Under the pieces are notes generated by a model. The model searched no databases. It saw only the letters and a program-made list of their open reading frames with translations, and was not told the origin of the DNA. A DNA stretch of 64,000 nucleotides from positions 35,634 through 99,633 of the forward strand of contig JACQZO010000020.1 in assembly GCA_016207805.1 (NCBI GenBank), read 5' to 3'. Both the position numbers and the translations under genes were made by a program. This document shows positions 10,113-20,503 of this stretch, in pieces. This stretch comes from Candidatus Abawacabacteria bacterium (GTDB taxonomy: Bacteria; Patescibacteriota; Gracilibacteria; RBG-16-42-10). How positions within the stretch are numbered: position 1 is the stretch's first letter; every line of letters starts with the position of its first letter.

Positions 10113-11810
10113 ATGGAAAAAACTTGCATCAAATGTAAGCAAATATTTCCTATTAGTGAAGCTGACTTAGCTATGTATGCGAAGTTGTCTCCCCAGGTAG
10201 GCAGTAAAGTTCTGGCTATACCCACTCCCACCTTGTGTAGACTATGTCGCTTACAAAGGCGCTTAGCCTACCGAAATGAACGCAACTTCTATCCCCGAAA
10301 ATGCAGCGCCACTGGAGAGGATATTATTGCTATCTACAATGAAACAGCAAAATTCCCTGTCTACAATCAGAAAACATGGTGGGGAGATAGCTGGGATCCT
10401 AAAGCTTTTGGTCGTGACTTTGATTTCAGCCGTCCCCTTTTCGATCAATTAGCGGAACAACGCGATCAAGTCCCTCGTTTGGCATTACTATCATATACGT
10501 CAGAAAACTCCACCTATACCAATCATTCTGGAGACAATAAAAACTGCTATCTTTCTACTATTGTTTGGGAGTGTGAAGATGTTTATTTCGGTAGAAAGGT
10601 ATTCAACTCACGACTAGTTTTTGACTCCACCTTTATCATCCACAATGGCCAAATTCTCTATCAGTGTTGCTGGGGAGAAAACCTCTACAATTGCCAGTTC
10701 ACAAATTTTTGTAATAATTCTTCAAATTTAAAGTTTTGTCATAACTGCAAAAGTAGCAAGGATTGTTTTATGAGTAGTAATCTCCGAAATAAACAATATG
10801 TCTTTGTTAATGAACAATTGTCAAAAGAAGCCTACGAAACCAAGTTAGCGACCATAGACTTGGGTAGTAGAAAAGTATTGGACAAATATCAAGCTGAATT
10901 TACTAAGTTGTGTGAAACCACAATCAAACAGGCGCAACATATTGATAAATGTGAAAATGCCACTGGTGATTATTTATTGGAGTGCAAAGATATGCACATG
11001 TGTTTCTGTGGTTATCGGGCTGAAAGTTGTCGCTATTGCATTGAATATGATGGTGCCGGAGGAATGAAAATGGTTAGGGATTGTATGGATGCCTATGGCT
11101 TTGGCGAAAGTGAATTATTATATGAAGTACAAGGCCAATCGAATGGTTATAACAACAAGTTTTGTTCACTCTCTTTCAACGTAGCGGACTCGCTCTACTT
11201 AGACATGTGCTTTGGAGTAAAAAATTGCTTTGGCTGTGTGGGACTCCACAATAAAGAACAGTACTGCATTTTAAACAAACAGTATTCTAAAGAGGAGTAT
11301 GAACAACTAGTACCTAAAATTGTTGATCAATTAATTGCGAATGGCGAATGGGGTGAATTCTTTCCTGCTCGTATTTCCCCATTTGGTTACAATGAAAGTG
11401 ATGCAAAAAACTTCTTTCCCTTGACTAAGGAAAAAGCTCGTGAACAAGGCTTCCACTGGAGTGATTATGTTACTCCTACTCCAAGTATCAAAACTATTTC
11501 AGCGAGTGAGTTACCTGATAATATCAAGGATACAGATACAAGCATTCTCAACGTCGCTATTGAATGCTCAGTGAGCAAAAAACCATTCCGTATTCTTAAA
11601 CAAGAGTTAGATTTCTATCAACAAAATAATATTGCTCTACCTCAGAAACATCCCGAAGTACGTTATACCGAACGCATTGCCGCCATTAATTTACCGTATC
11701 TCTACGATGGCCAATGTTCTAGCTGTCAAAAAGCATTAGCAACGAGTTATTCGCCAGAGAAACAAAACAATCTTTACTGCCAAGTTTGTTACGAAAAGAT
11801 GCTGTACTAA
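10113..11810 (+). CDS. Cys-rich zinc-ribbon/solenoid paralog 5
   Basis: 565 aa, family motifs; sister of the adjacent paralog 6. Confidence 0.93.
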   Translation: MEKTCIKCKQIFPISEADLAMYAKLSPQVGSKVLAIPTPTLCRLCRLQRRLAYRNERNFYPRKCSATGEDIIAIYNETAKFPVYNQKTWWGDSWDPKAFGRDFDFSRPLFDQLAEQRDQVPRLALLSYTSENSTYTNHSGDNKNCYLSTIVWECEDVYFGRKVFNSRLVFDSTFIIHNGQILYQCCWGENLYNCQFTNFCNNSSNLKFCHNCKSSKDCFMSSNLRNKQYVFVNEQLSKEAYETKLATIDLGSRKVLDKYQAEFTKLCETTIKQAQHIDKCENATGDYLLECKDMHMCFCGYRAESCRYCIEYDGAGGMKMVRDCMDAYGFGESELLYEVQGQSNGYNNKFCSLSFNVADSLYLDMCFGVKNCFGCVGLHNKEQYCILNKQYSKEEYEQLVPKIVDQLIANGEWGEFFPARISPFGYNESDAKNFFPLTKEKAREQGFHWSDYVTPTPSIKTISASELPDNIKDTDTSILNVAIECSVSKKPFRILKQELDFYQQNNIALPQKHPEVRYTERIAAINLPYLYDGQCSSCQKALATSYSPEKQNNLYCQVCYEKMLY

Positions 11811-11819
11811 TTGAATTCT

Positions 11820-13517
11820 ATGAATAAACAGTGTGTCAAATGTAGCAACACATTCATGATCACTGAAATTGAAAAGGAAATCCTTCACAAGCTCTCACCG
11901 CAAATAGGCGGCAAAGTATATTCTTTGCCATTACCGACATTTTGCCCAGCTTGTAGATTGCAGAGACGATTTGTTTATCGCAATGAACGCCATTTTTATT
12001 CTCGGCTTTGTAGTTTTACTAAAGAACCGATTATTTCTATTTATAATGAAACAGTACCCTTCCCCGTCTACAATCAAGACATTTGGTGGAGTGACAGCTG
12101 GGATCCCAAAAGTTACAGCAGAGATTTTGATTACAGTCGTTCCTTTTTTGATCAGTGGCAAGAATTACGTGGTGTAGTTCCGAGAATAGCATTATTATCT
12201 AAAAATTCAGAGAATTCTGCTTATTCCAATCATGCCGGTAACAATAAAGACTGCTATCTTTCGACTATAGTTTTTAACTGTGAAAATGTTTACTTCTCTC
12301 GCAAGGTTTTGAGCTCACAGCAAATCTTTGATTCTAGTTTTATTCTCAAAAAAGGCGAAATCTTATACCAATGCTTATGGGGTGAGGCCTTATATCATTG
12401 CATCTATTGCCTGTTCTGCACCAATTCTTCGGACCTGCTTTTTTGCTATGATTGCAAAAGCTGCAAAGACTGTTTCATGAGTAGTAATCTGCGCAATAAA
12501 CAATATGTTTTTTGCAATCAGCAATGCAACAAGGAAGAATATGAAGCCAAGTTAGCATTCATTGATACTGGAAGCTTCAGCAAATTGGAAAGCTGCTTGC
12601 AAATGTTTCAGGACCTTTGCCAAAAAGCAATTAGACCAGCATTAAAAATTGAAAAGTCGGAAAATACGACCGGAGATTATTTATCAGAATGCAAAGACGT
12701 GCAAAATTGTTATTATGCCTATAAAGGAGAAAGTTGTTTCCACTGTATGGACTTCGATGCCACTATGAGCCATAAAATCAATAAGGATTGTATGGATTGT
12801 TATGGTTTTGGCAGCTCAGAATTACTTTATGAAGTCCAAGCTCAAGCCAATGGTTACAATAATAAGTTTTGTTCATTATCCTATGATGTTTCAGACTGTC
12901 TTTATGTCGATATGTGTTTCAATATTAAAAACTGTTTCGGCTGTGTCGGCTTACATGCCAAAGAAGAATATTGCGTTTTAAATAAGCAATACACTAAAGA
13001 GGAGTATGAAACATTGGTACCAAAAATCATTAACCATATGCGAACAACCAACGAATGGGGAGAGTTTTTCCCCAGCAGTACTTCACCATTTGGCTATAAT
13101 GAAACCAATGCCCAAGTTTTCTTTCCTTTAGATAAACATAGCGCGCTTAGCCAAGGTTTCTTCTGGAGTGATTATGCAATCCCACCACTGGAAGTAGAAA
13201 CTATCGCCACTGACCAATTACCAGATCATGTCCGAGATACTCCAGATAGTATTCTCACTAAGGCAATTGAGTGCGAAGTAAGCAAGAAGCCTTTCCGCCT
13301 TTTGAAACAAGAACTAGCTTTTTATCGGCAAAATAATATTGCCTTACCCAGAAAACATCCTGACATTCGTTACCAAGAACGGATGAAAAACTTAAATTTA
13401 CCATTTCTTTATCAAGCACTTTGTCACCAGTGTCAAAAAGAGATTGATACCAGCTACCCACCTTCAGAACAGCATAATATTTATTGTCAGACATGTTACG
13501 AAAAAGCTTTGTATTAA
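11820..13517 (+). CDS. Cys-rich zinc-ribbon/solenoid paralog 6
   Basis: Family motifs; ATG 11820 aligns with other starts; shares KDCFMSSNLRNKQYVF and NGYNNKFCSLS with paralog 5. Confidence 0.93.
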   Translation: MNKQCVKCSNTFMITEIEKEILHKLSPQIGGKVYSLPLPTFCPACRLQRRFVYRNERHFYSRLCSFTKEPIISIYNETVPFPVYNQDIWWSDSWDPKSYSRDFDYSRSFFDQWQELRGVVPRIALLSKNSENSAYSNHAGNNKDCYLSTIVFNCENVYFSRKVLSSQQIFDSSFILKKGEILYQCLWGEALYHCIYCLFCTNSSDLLFCYDCKSCKDCFMSSNLRNKQYVFCNQQCNKEEYEAKLAFIDTGSFSKLESCLQMFQDLCQKAIRPALKIEKSENTTGDYLSECKDVQNCYYAYKGESCFHCMDFDATMSHKINKDCMDCYGFGSSELLYEVQAQANGYNNKFCSLSYDVSDCLYVDMCFNIKNCFGCVGLHAKEEYCVLNKQYTKEEYETLVPKIINHMRTTNEWGEFFPSSTSPFGYNETNAQVFFPLDKHSALSQGFFWSDYAIPPLEVETIATDQLPDHVRDTPDSILTKAIECEVSKKPFRLLKQELAFYRQNNIALPRKHPDIRYQERMKNLNLPFLYQALCHQCQKEIDTSYPPSEQHNIYCQTCYEKALY

Positions 13518-13582
13518 ATTTTGTCACCAACTATTGAACAGACAAAGGCAAATCTCTACACTAAAAGCAACTATCCATTGTG

Positions 13583-15307
13583 ATGTCGACAATATGTAGC
13601 AATTGTCAAAATACGTTTCTTATTAGCGAAAGTGACCAAGCATTTTATCAGAAAATTGCTCCTTTTTTTGCTGGTCAAAGTTATCCAATCCCTCCGCCCA
13701 CCCTCTGTCCTACTTGTCGTCAGCAAAGACGGCTGGCCACTAGAAATGATGACACGCTTTATAATCGTAACTGTTCAAAGTGTCACAAAAGCATCATTTC
13801 TATTTACCCAGAAGTAAAAGAATATCCTGTATATTGCAGCGCTTGTTGGTGGTCAGATCAGTGGGACGCTGGAGATCATTATGAAGAATACAATTTTAGT
13901 AAAAGCTTTTTCCCCCAATTCGAATCATTAAGAGCAAAAGTTCCACGCTTAGGGTTGATCAATAGAAATGCCGAAAATAGTGAATATACTCATTACACTT
14001 CTCATAATAAAAACTGTTATCTCATTTTTAATGCTGATGATAATCAAGATTGCTATTACTCTCACTCATTAGATGCTTGTCGCGATTGTATAGACATGTA
14101 TTGGTCAGGAAGATCAGAACTATGCTATGAGGGAATCTCAGTTGGAGCCAGTTACAATAGCCAGTTTTGTACTCATGTAGAAAATATGAGTGACTGCTAT
14201 TTTTGTTATGACTGCAAAGATTGTCATCATTGTTTTGGCTGCTTCAGCTTAGATCACAAAGAATATCATATTTATAATCAGCCTTATTCAAAGGAAGAAT
14301 ATGAAGAAGGAATACAAACTATTAGAAAACAGAAAAAAAGTCACACAGGCCTGATGGCTCTCAAAAAAGAGGTGGCACAGTTTTTTCTTACCTTACCCCA
14401 TCAATACGCCACTATTACTAATTGTGAAAATTGCACCGGAAATTATTTAGTTAGTTGTAATAACTGTATCAACTGTTTCAATCTCACTCGGGCTCAAGAT
14501 TGTAAATATATTTATGATGGCAGCAACATCAAAGATGCTTATGATGGCAACTTTTGCGGTCTTCAGAACTCACAGCTGATGTACGAGGTACAAGACTGTT
14601 GGTTTGGTTATCAAATGTTTTTTTCTACTACCTGCTGGAATTGCAATAATATGTATTATTGTGATCATTGTTTTTATTCTAACAATTGTTTTGGTTGTAT
14701 TGGTTTACGAAGAAAGGAATATTGTATTTTGAATAAACAATATACGAAGGAGGAATACGAAAAGCTGGTACCACAAATTATTAAGCAGATGAGTGGTGGT
14801 AGCAAGAATGAAGATACAGAGGAGCTAAGACGCAGACAAACACAAAGACCAAGACAAGAGGAGGCACTAGAAGGAAGACAAGAATGGGAATGGGGGGAGT
14901 TTTTTCCTATGTCTTTGGCACTGTTTGCATACCATGAGACTATGGCACAACAGTATTTCCCTCAACCGGGAAATGCAGCCCAAGTAGCCATATCAACTAC
15001 AGATTCTCTACCTGATACTATTGATGCTATTGGCGATGGGATTCTACAAAGTACCCTTCATTGCTCACAATGCCAAAAAGGCTATCGCATAGTCCCACAA
15101 GAACTTGCCTTCTATCGCCAAAGAGAATTACCAATACCGAGGAAATGTTTCATGTGCCGCCAGTCTGATCGTGTAACTTTATGTTTAGAACGAAAATTGT
15201 ATGAACGTCACTGTCATAAATGTAACAGAGAACTTTTATCCCCTTACCAGGTTGATCGCCCTGAAACTATATTCTGCAATCAGTGTTACTTAGATTATCA
15301 TCATTAG
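13583..15307 (+). CDS. Cys-rich zinc-ribbon/solenoid paralog 7 (in-frame insertion before EWGEFFP)
   Basis: Family motifs; extra SGGSKNEDTEELRRRQTQRPRQEEALEGRQEW segment; lacks the LTKEEA..G..W segment, as does paralog 10. Confidence 0.92.
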   Translation: MSTICSNCQNTFLISESDQAFYQKIAPFFAGQSYPIPPPTLCPTCRQQRRLATRNDDTLYNRNCSKCHKSIISIYPEVKEYPVYCSACWWSDQWDAGDHYEEYNFSKSFFPQFESLRAKVPRLGLINRNAENSEYTHYTSHNKNCYLIFNADDNQDCYYSHSLDACRDCIDMYWSGRSELCYEGISVGASYNSQFCTHVENMSDCYFCYDCKDCHHCFGCFSLDHKEYHIYNQPYSKEEYEEGIQTIRKQKKSHTGLMALKKEVAQFFLTLPHQYATITNCENCTGNYLVSCNNCINCFNLTRAQDCKYIYDGSNIKDAYDGNFCGLQNSQLMYEVQDCWFGYQMFFSTTCWNCNNMYYCDHCFYSNNCFGCIGLRRKEYCILNKQYTKEEYEKLVPQIIKQMSGGSKNEDTEELRRRQTQRPRQEEALEGRQEWEWGEFFPMSLALFAYHETMAQQYFPQPGNAAQVAISTTDSLPDTIDAIGDGILQSTLHCSQCQKGYRIVPQELAFYRQRELPIPRKCFMCRQSDRVTLCLERKLYERHCHKCNRELLSPYQVDRPETIFCNQCYLDYHH

Positions 15308-15310
15308 CCC

Positions 15311-15342
15311 AATTCTGAATTCAGCATTCAGAATTCAGAATT
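15311..15342. repeat. Heptamer arm, (A/C)ATTCAG family
   Basis: aattctgaattcagcattcagaattcagaatt before the paralog 8 start. Confidence 0.8.
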
Positions 15343-15364
15343 AACTTCATATTTCCCACCACCT

Positions 15365-17071
15365 ATGACTACCTGCAAACAATGTTCTCTACAATTCGAA
15401 GTCACGCCCCAAGACTTAAGTTTCTATGCCAAAGTTTCACCAGTTTTCGCTGGCAAAAAGTATCAAGTTCTAGCCCCCACTCTTTGTCCTGATTGTAGAC
15501 AACAAAGACGCTTGGCATTTCGTAATGAGAGAAAACTCTACAACCGTATTTGTAATATTTGCAAACAGCCTTTCATTTCTATTTATTCTCCAGACAAAGT
15601 CACTGATTCCGGCAAAGCTCTATCAGTATATTGCACCAAATGTTGGTGGAGTGATCAATGGGATCCAATGACTTATGGACAAGAATACGATTTTTCTCAG
15701 ACATTCTTTAGTCAATGGAAAAAGTTATGGCAAACGATGCCTAGATTAGGTCTGTTGGTGTGGGGAGATGGCATTAATAGTGACTACACTCATGATGTAA
15801 TCAAATGCGTGAACAGTTATTTAATTTTTGATGGAGAACAAGCCCAGGAATGTTTTTATGGGGAAACATTTCATACCATTAAGGATTGCGTAGATTTCCT
15901 CAAGTTGCGCAGCTGCGAACTTGGTTATGAGATTATCGATTGTATTAACTGTTACAATATTCAGCACAGTCGTTTTTCCGAAAACTGTAGTGATTCCTAT
16001 TTCTTATTAGATTGTATTGGTTGCAAAAATTGCTTTGGTTGTGTCAATTTAAGACAAAAAGAATATTACATATTTAACCAACCTTTTAGCAAAGAAGAGT
16101 ATCAAAAATTTATTACCAACGCTCAATTAGGAAACTACCAAAATCGTGAAGCATGGAGAATGCAAGCAGAAACTTTTTTTGCCAGCCAACCAAAGAAAGC
16201 GTATCGGGGAAGAATGAATGAAAATAGTACCGGCAATAGCATTAACAACTGTCAAAACGCCTTCGATTCATTTGATTCTAATGGTCTCCGTGATAGTCGT
16301 TTTTGCACCAATATTATGTTGAGTGCGACTGATTGTTATGATGTAGACACGTGGGGAGAGAGTACTTCATTGATTTATAATTCTGCCATGGTTGGTCTAG
16401 GTAGTCAGCAAATGATTGGCGGTTATTATACTTGCTTTGATAGTCATGATATTTACCATTCCGCTTTTTGTTGGCAAGGATGCAATAATTTATTTGGTTG
16501 TGTCGGTCTAAAACATAAAGAATTTTGCATTTTAAACAAACAATACTCTAAAGAACAGTACCTTGAGCTAGTGCCCAAGATTATCGAAAATATGCAGAGC
16601 AATGGTGAATGGGCAGAATTTTTCCCTCCAATGCTTTCCGCCTTTGGTTACAATGAAACCGTAGCTAACGAATACTATCCTCTTTCCCGGGAAGAAGCAC
16701 TAAAAAAAGGCTTTTTGTGGAGTGATTATGAAGCACCAAAGCCTGCAGTAAAAAAGACTCTTAAAGCTGCAGAGTTGCCAATAGATATACAGTCGGTGAG
16801 TGATGAGATCTTAGATTATGCCATTGTTTGTGAAGTCAGTGGTAAGTTATTTCGTATTATCAAAGCAGAGTTAAACTTTTACCGACAACATAATATCCCA
16901 TTGCCACATCGTCACCCAGACCAAAGACATAGTGACAGAATGCAACTTCGCCCACCACGAAAGCTATGGTCCAGAAAGTGTATGCAATGTCAGATGGCAG
17001 TATCGAGTCCTTATGGTACAGATAGACCGGAGAGAATTTTATGTGAAAATTGCTATTCAGATGAATTATAG
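15365..17071 (+). CDS. Cys-rich zinc-ribbon/solenoid paralog 8
   Basis: 568 aa, family motifs; closest to paralog 3. Confidence 0.93.
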   Translation: MTTCKQCSLQFEVTPQDLSFYAKVSPVFAGKKYQVLAPTLCPDCRQQRRLAFRNERKLYNRICNICKQPFISIYSPDKVTDSGKALSVYCTKCWWSDQWDPMTYGQEYDFSQTFFSQWKKLWQTMPRLGLLVWGDGINSDYTHDVIKCVNSYLIFDGEQAQECFYGETFHTIKDCVDFLKLRSCELGYEIIDCINCYNIQHSRFSENCSDSYFLLDCIGCKNCFGCVNLRQKEYYIFNQPFSKEEYQKFITNAQLGNYQNREAWRMQAETFFASQPKKAYRGRMNENSTGNSINNCQNAFDSFDSNGLRDSRFCTNIMLSATDCYDVDTWGESTSLIYNSAMVGLGSQQMIGGYYTCFDSHDIYHSAFCWQGCNNLFGCVGLKHKEFCILNKQYSKEQYLELVPKIIENMQSNGEWAEFFPPMLSAFGYNETVANEYYPLSREEALKKGFLWSDYEAPKPAVKKTLKAAELPIDIQSVSDEILDYAIVCEVSGKLFRIIKAELNFYRQHNIPLPHRHPDQRHSDRMQLRPPRKLWSRKCMQCQMAVSSPYGTDRPERILCENCYSDEL

Positions 17072-17158
17072 AGGCTAAAATCTAGAATCTAAATTAATGA
17101 GAAAGCTCAGAATTAAGAGTTTTTCTATCTTAGCTCTAAGCTCTCAGCTCTTAGCTTT
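17072..17158. repeat. Two different heptamer arms between convergent stops
   Basis: aggctaaaatctagaatctaaatt after the + stop; tttttctatcttagctctaagctctcagctcttagc, whose reverse complement nearly equals 25746-25780, after the - stop. Confidence 0.8.
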
Positions 17159-18488
17159 AAATAACTGGTATTTCTATCAAAATATCTGCCGTCCTACTGC
17201 CCACAGTAATAAGAAAACGCTGTCGGCCATTGGTAGTTTTTCCTTTATCAACTATTTCAACTTGTTCTCGACCATTATGGGTATGAAAGTCGGCAATAGC
17301 TAAGCGCATGCGCCTTGCTAAACGACTTACCACAGCTTGATATTGAGCTTCATTTAATTGTTTGTAAGGATAAAGCAAACTTACTAGCCTTTTTCCTTCA
17401 GGTGTTAATAGTTGATTTAATATTCCTCTTAGCACACCAGCATGATGACCCAATGTCTCAGATTCAGCAGCACTGACATTACCCCTAATGCGATTAAAGT
17501 TATCCTTATAAGGTGTCATATTTGCAGCAGCACTATTTGGTGATTGCCTAGCAATAGTTGCCGCAGTAACTGGTACTTCTGCTGGCACTTCAGACACCGG
17601 AGTCTTAGCCTTAGCAAATACTCCTAGTAAACCGACTAACAGTTTAGCACGTAGTGAACTAGAGAAATAACGCCTCTTCCGACGAGCCACGACTTTTTCT
17701 ATCATCTTTTTATAGTCTTCAAATTCTTGAGCTTTCTTTTTTTGTTTATAACGCATTCTGATAGTAAATAGCCAATTCTTAAAGCGGCATGCTGCTTTTT
17801 TACCAACAGAACGCCAACTACACCATTCCTCTAAGTTGCATGCTTGCTGAAAAATATTATTTACTCTAAATACCATTTCTTCTGCTTGCGCCGGAGATAA
17901 AGGATGGGTATTGCCTCGCATCTTTTGATGATACTGATGGAACCAGGTTTGTAAGGCAGCTTTTAAGTCTACAATCATTTGTGGCTTGATTTGGCGATAA
18001 TCAATACATTGAACAAGTGCATTGTATGGTCGCTGAAGAATAGCAGGTACTGTAGTAGCAGAGATAATTGATAAAAGTTTATGCAACTGAGCAAGCAGAA
18101 TAGTTTTTGCCGTTAAGATATTTTCGATAATATTTACACTTTTATCCGCTAGCCTGGGAGCATTAAATTGATTTTCAATCTTTTGCCAATCCCCACTAGT
18201 AGCTAATAGCATTGGCGCAATAGCTTGAGGAGCTTCAATGGGAGCAATTAGCTGAGGAGCTTCTAAATCAGGTTCAAGCATGGGCCCAGTAGGAACATCC
18301 AATACTACTGCCCGTTCTTCGGTCAAAGGAGCAAGAGTTGGCTGTATTGCATCTGGACCCGATTTTGCGTCTGCTCCAGATTCAGTCACTTCTGTTAAAG
18401 CTTGCTGTATTTTATCCCTTACAGGAGCTCTAGGAGCACGCAGTTTAGGCTGCTCACGATTCCGCAAATCAACATCTATTCCATCCAT
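17157..18488 (-). CDS. Orphan 443-aa protein
   Basis: Long ORF with EAPQLIAPIEAPQAIAP repeat, a basic stretch and LLVGLLGVFA; upstream sigma70-like promoter. Confidence 0.78.
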   Translation of the reverse strand: MDGIDVDLRNREQPKLRAPRAPVRDKIQQALTEVTESGADAKSGPDAIQPTLAPLTEERAVVLDVPTGPMLEPDLEAPQLIAPIEAPQAIAPMLLATSGDWQKIENQFNAPRLADKSVNIIENILTAKTILLAQLHKLLSIISATTVPAILQRPYNALVQCIDYRQIKPQMIVDLKAALQTWFHQYHQKMRGNTHPLSPAQAEEMVFRVNNIFQQACNLEEWCSWRSVGKKAACRFKNWLFTIRMRYKQKKKAQEFEDYKKMIEKVVARRKRRYFSSSLRAKLLVGLLGVFAKAKTPVSEVPAEVPVTAATIARQSPNSAAANMTPYKDNFNRIRGNVSAAESETLGHHAGVLRGILNQLLTPEGKRLVSLLYPYKQLNEAQYQAVVSRLARRMRLAIADFHTHNGREQVEIVDKGKTTNGRQRFLITVGSRTADILIEIPVI

Positions 18489-18540
18489 AAACCTATTTCA
18501 ACCTTTAGTGTTTGTTAGCCTGTAAAAACTATATCTTTAT

Positions 18541-18570
18541 ATCATACCAATGAGCTTAAACCTGAGTCAA
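18541..18570 (-). promoter_or_regulatory. sigma70-type promoter of the 17157..18488 gene
   Basis: TTGACT-18 nt-TATGAT with TG extension on the minus strand. Confidence 0.55.
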
Positions 18571-18729
18571 CCTCAGCCAAAGCCATAAGATGGTTCATTT
18601 TGCAAAAAAAAACTAAATATTTAAATATCAGCTTAGTCTTTTCACATAAGTTTCTAATTCTGACTTCCATCTATACACACAAGACAAAAATTGCTTAACT
18701 AATTCTGAAAAATTGATGTCATAAGGTAT

Positions 18730-20388
18730 ATGCAAAAAAGAATATGCGCTATTACTGGCAAAGAGTTTGTAATTTCTGATCAAGAAGAAGCCTTTTGTCA
18801 GGAACACATGATCCCTTTACCTACTATTAGTCATGTCGAAAGATTGCGTCGTACTTGTGCCATGTTGAGCAGCGTCCATCTCTATCCTAGTACTTGCGCA
18901 CTTACTAAAAAACCGATACTCCCTTTCATTCCTCCCCACAAAGAGCTCGTGGTATATGACATTGATGCCTGGATGAGTGATGCCTGGGATCCATTAAGCT
19001 TCGGCCTGGACTATGATTTCTCGCGACCATTTTTTGCCCAAATGGCTGAATTGCTTAAGAAAGCCCCATTACCCAGCTTGGAATGTATTCGTTCCACCAT
19101 GGAAAATAGTGATTATACTAATGGGGTACTGAATGTTAAAAATTGCTATCTATCCTTCGGTGTCTTGAATGGCGAAGATGTGCTTTTTTCAAGAACCGTA
19201 TTAACAGCCAAAGATATCATCGATTCTACTTATGTCACTGATAGTGAGATCTGTTTAGGCTGTATTCATGTGAAAAATTGCTACAATCTCAAATACTCAG
19301 AAATCTGTGACAATTGCTCTGATTCAGCATTTCTGTTCGACTGCAAGAATTGTAAAAATTGCTATGGTTGTAGCAATTTAGTTAATAAAGAATATTGCTT
19401 CGATAATCAACAATTAACAGAAGCAGAATTTAAAACAAAAAGGGCTCAAATAGATTTAGGTAGCTATCAAACTGTTGAATCAGAAAAGAAAAAGTTTGGC
19501 GAGATGAAGTCTCGGGCCGCGATTAAATTCATGCAAGGTAAAAATAATGAGAATTCTCATGGTGACTTTTTAAATAACACCAAAGATTGTCGTAATTGTA
19601 TTTTTGCTTCCGATACAGAAAATGCTGAATGGTCAATTCAAATGATCAACCAAACTAGAAATGCTTTTGTCTGTGATGGTTTTGGTCAAAACGGTCAGAA
19701 TCTCTACTATTCTGCCGCTGTGGGAGAAAATGCTTACAATATTAAATTCTGCTTTGACTGTTATAGCAATGTCCGGGACTTGGAATACTGTATTTTTGTT
19801 GGCTTTGGCTGTATGGACTGCTTCGGCTGTATTGGCTTAAAAAAGAAACAATATTGTATTCTTAATAAGCAATATAGCAAAGAAGACTATTTCGCTCTGC
19901 TGCAAAAAATCAAAGCTCATATGTTGAGCACAGGAGAATATGGTCAATTCTTCCCTGCCTCAATGTCGCCTATGGATTATAACCGCTCCGAAGGACAAGT
20001 ATTTTTGCCTTTAGAAAAAGCTGAAGCAGAAAGACTGGGCTACACCTGGAAAGAAGATCTGCCAGAAGACTTCACAGCTACTTACCAAATCCCAGACAAT
20101 ATTGATGATGTCAAAGATGATATTCTCAATGCTGTGCTCAAATGTGAAGCGACTGGCAAAAAGTATAAAATCATTAAACAAGAATTAGCTGCCTATCGAA
20201 AGTTCCACGCTCCGATTCCTCATGTTTCCCCTATTGCTCGAGTAGAAAAAATTCAGAGCAGTTTAACAATGGCTGAAGTATTAACAAAACAATGTAGTCA
20301 ATGTGGCACAGAGATTATGACTGTCTATAATACAGAGAAGTTGCGCGTACTTTGTGAGAAATGTTATCAGAGAGAAGTGCATGGATGA
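18730..20388 (+). CDS. Cys-rich zinc-ribbon/solenoid paralog 9
   Basis: 552 aa; CAITG N-terminus; sister of paralogs 4 and 1 (N(V/I)RDLEYC, YG(Q/E)FFP). Confidence 0.93.
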   Translation: MQKRICAITGKEFVISDQEEAFCQEHMIPLPTISHVERLRRTCAMLSSVHLYPSTCALTKKPILPFIPPHKELVVYDIDAWMSDAWDPLSFGLDYDFSRPFFAQMAELLKKAPLPSLECIRSTMENSDYTNGVLNVKNCYLSFGVLNGEDVLFSRTVLTAKDIIDSTYVTDSEICLGCIHVKNCYNLKYSEICDNCSDSAFLFDCKNCKNCYGCSNLVNKEYCFDNQQLTEAEFKTKRAQIDLGSYQTVESEKKKFGEMKSRAAIKFMQGKNNENSHGDFLNNTKDCRNCIFASDTENAEWSIQMINQTRNAFVCDGFGQNGQNLYYSAAVGENAYNIKFCFDCYSNVRDLEYCIFVGFGCMDCFGCIGLKKKQYCILNKQYSKEDYFALLQKIKAHMLSTGEYGQFFPASMSPMDYNRSEGQVFLPLEKAEAERLGYTWKEDLPEDFTATYQIPDNIDDVKDDILNAVLKCEATGKKYKIIKQELAAYRKFHAPIPHVSPIARVEKIQSSLTMAEVLTKQCSQCGTEIMTVYNTEKLRVLCEKCYQREVHG

Positions 20389-20447
20389 AGGCAGAAGTCA
20401 GATGCCTGCCCTGAGTCGAATCGAAGGGGCAGGAGGCAGAAGTTAGG
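20389..20447. repeat. AGGCAGA/AGTCAGA heptamer arm interrupted by a REP-like palindrome
   Basis: cctgccc-tgagtcgaatcgaag-gggcagg (20405-20433) inside aggcaga/agtcaga units. Confidence 0.65.
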
Positions 20448-20503
20448 GGGAGGAAACTGCAGATGGCTCAAAGATAAAAGCTTAGAAGTAAGTAAACAAA
20501 TGT

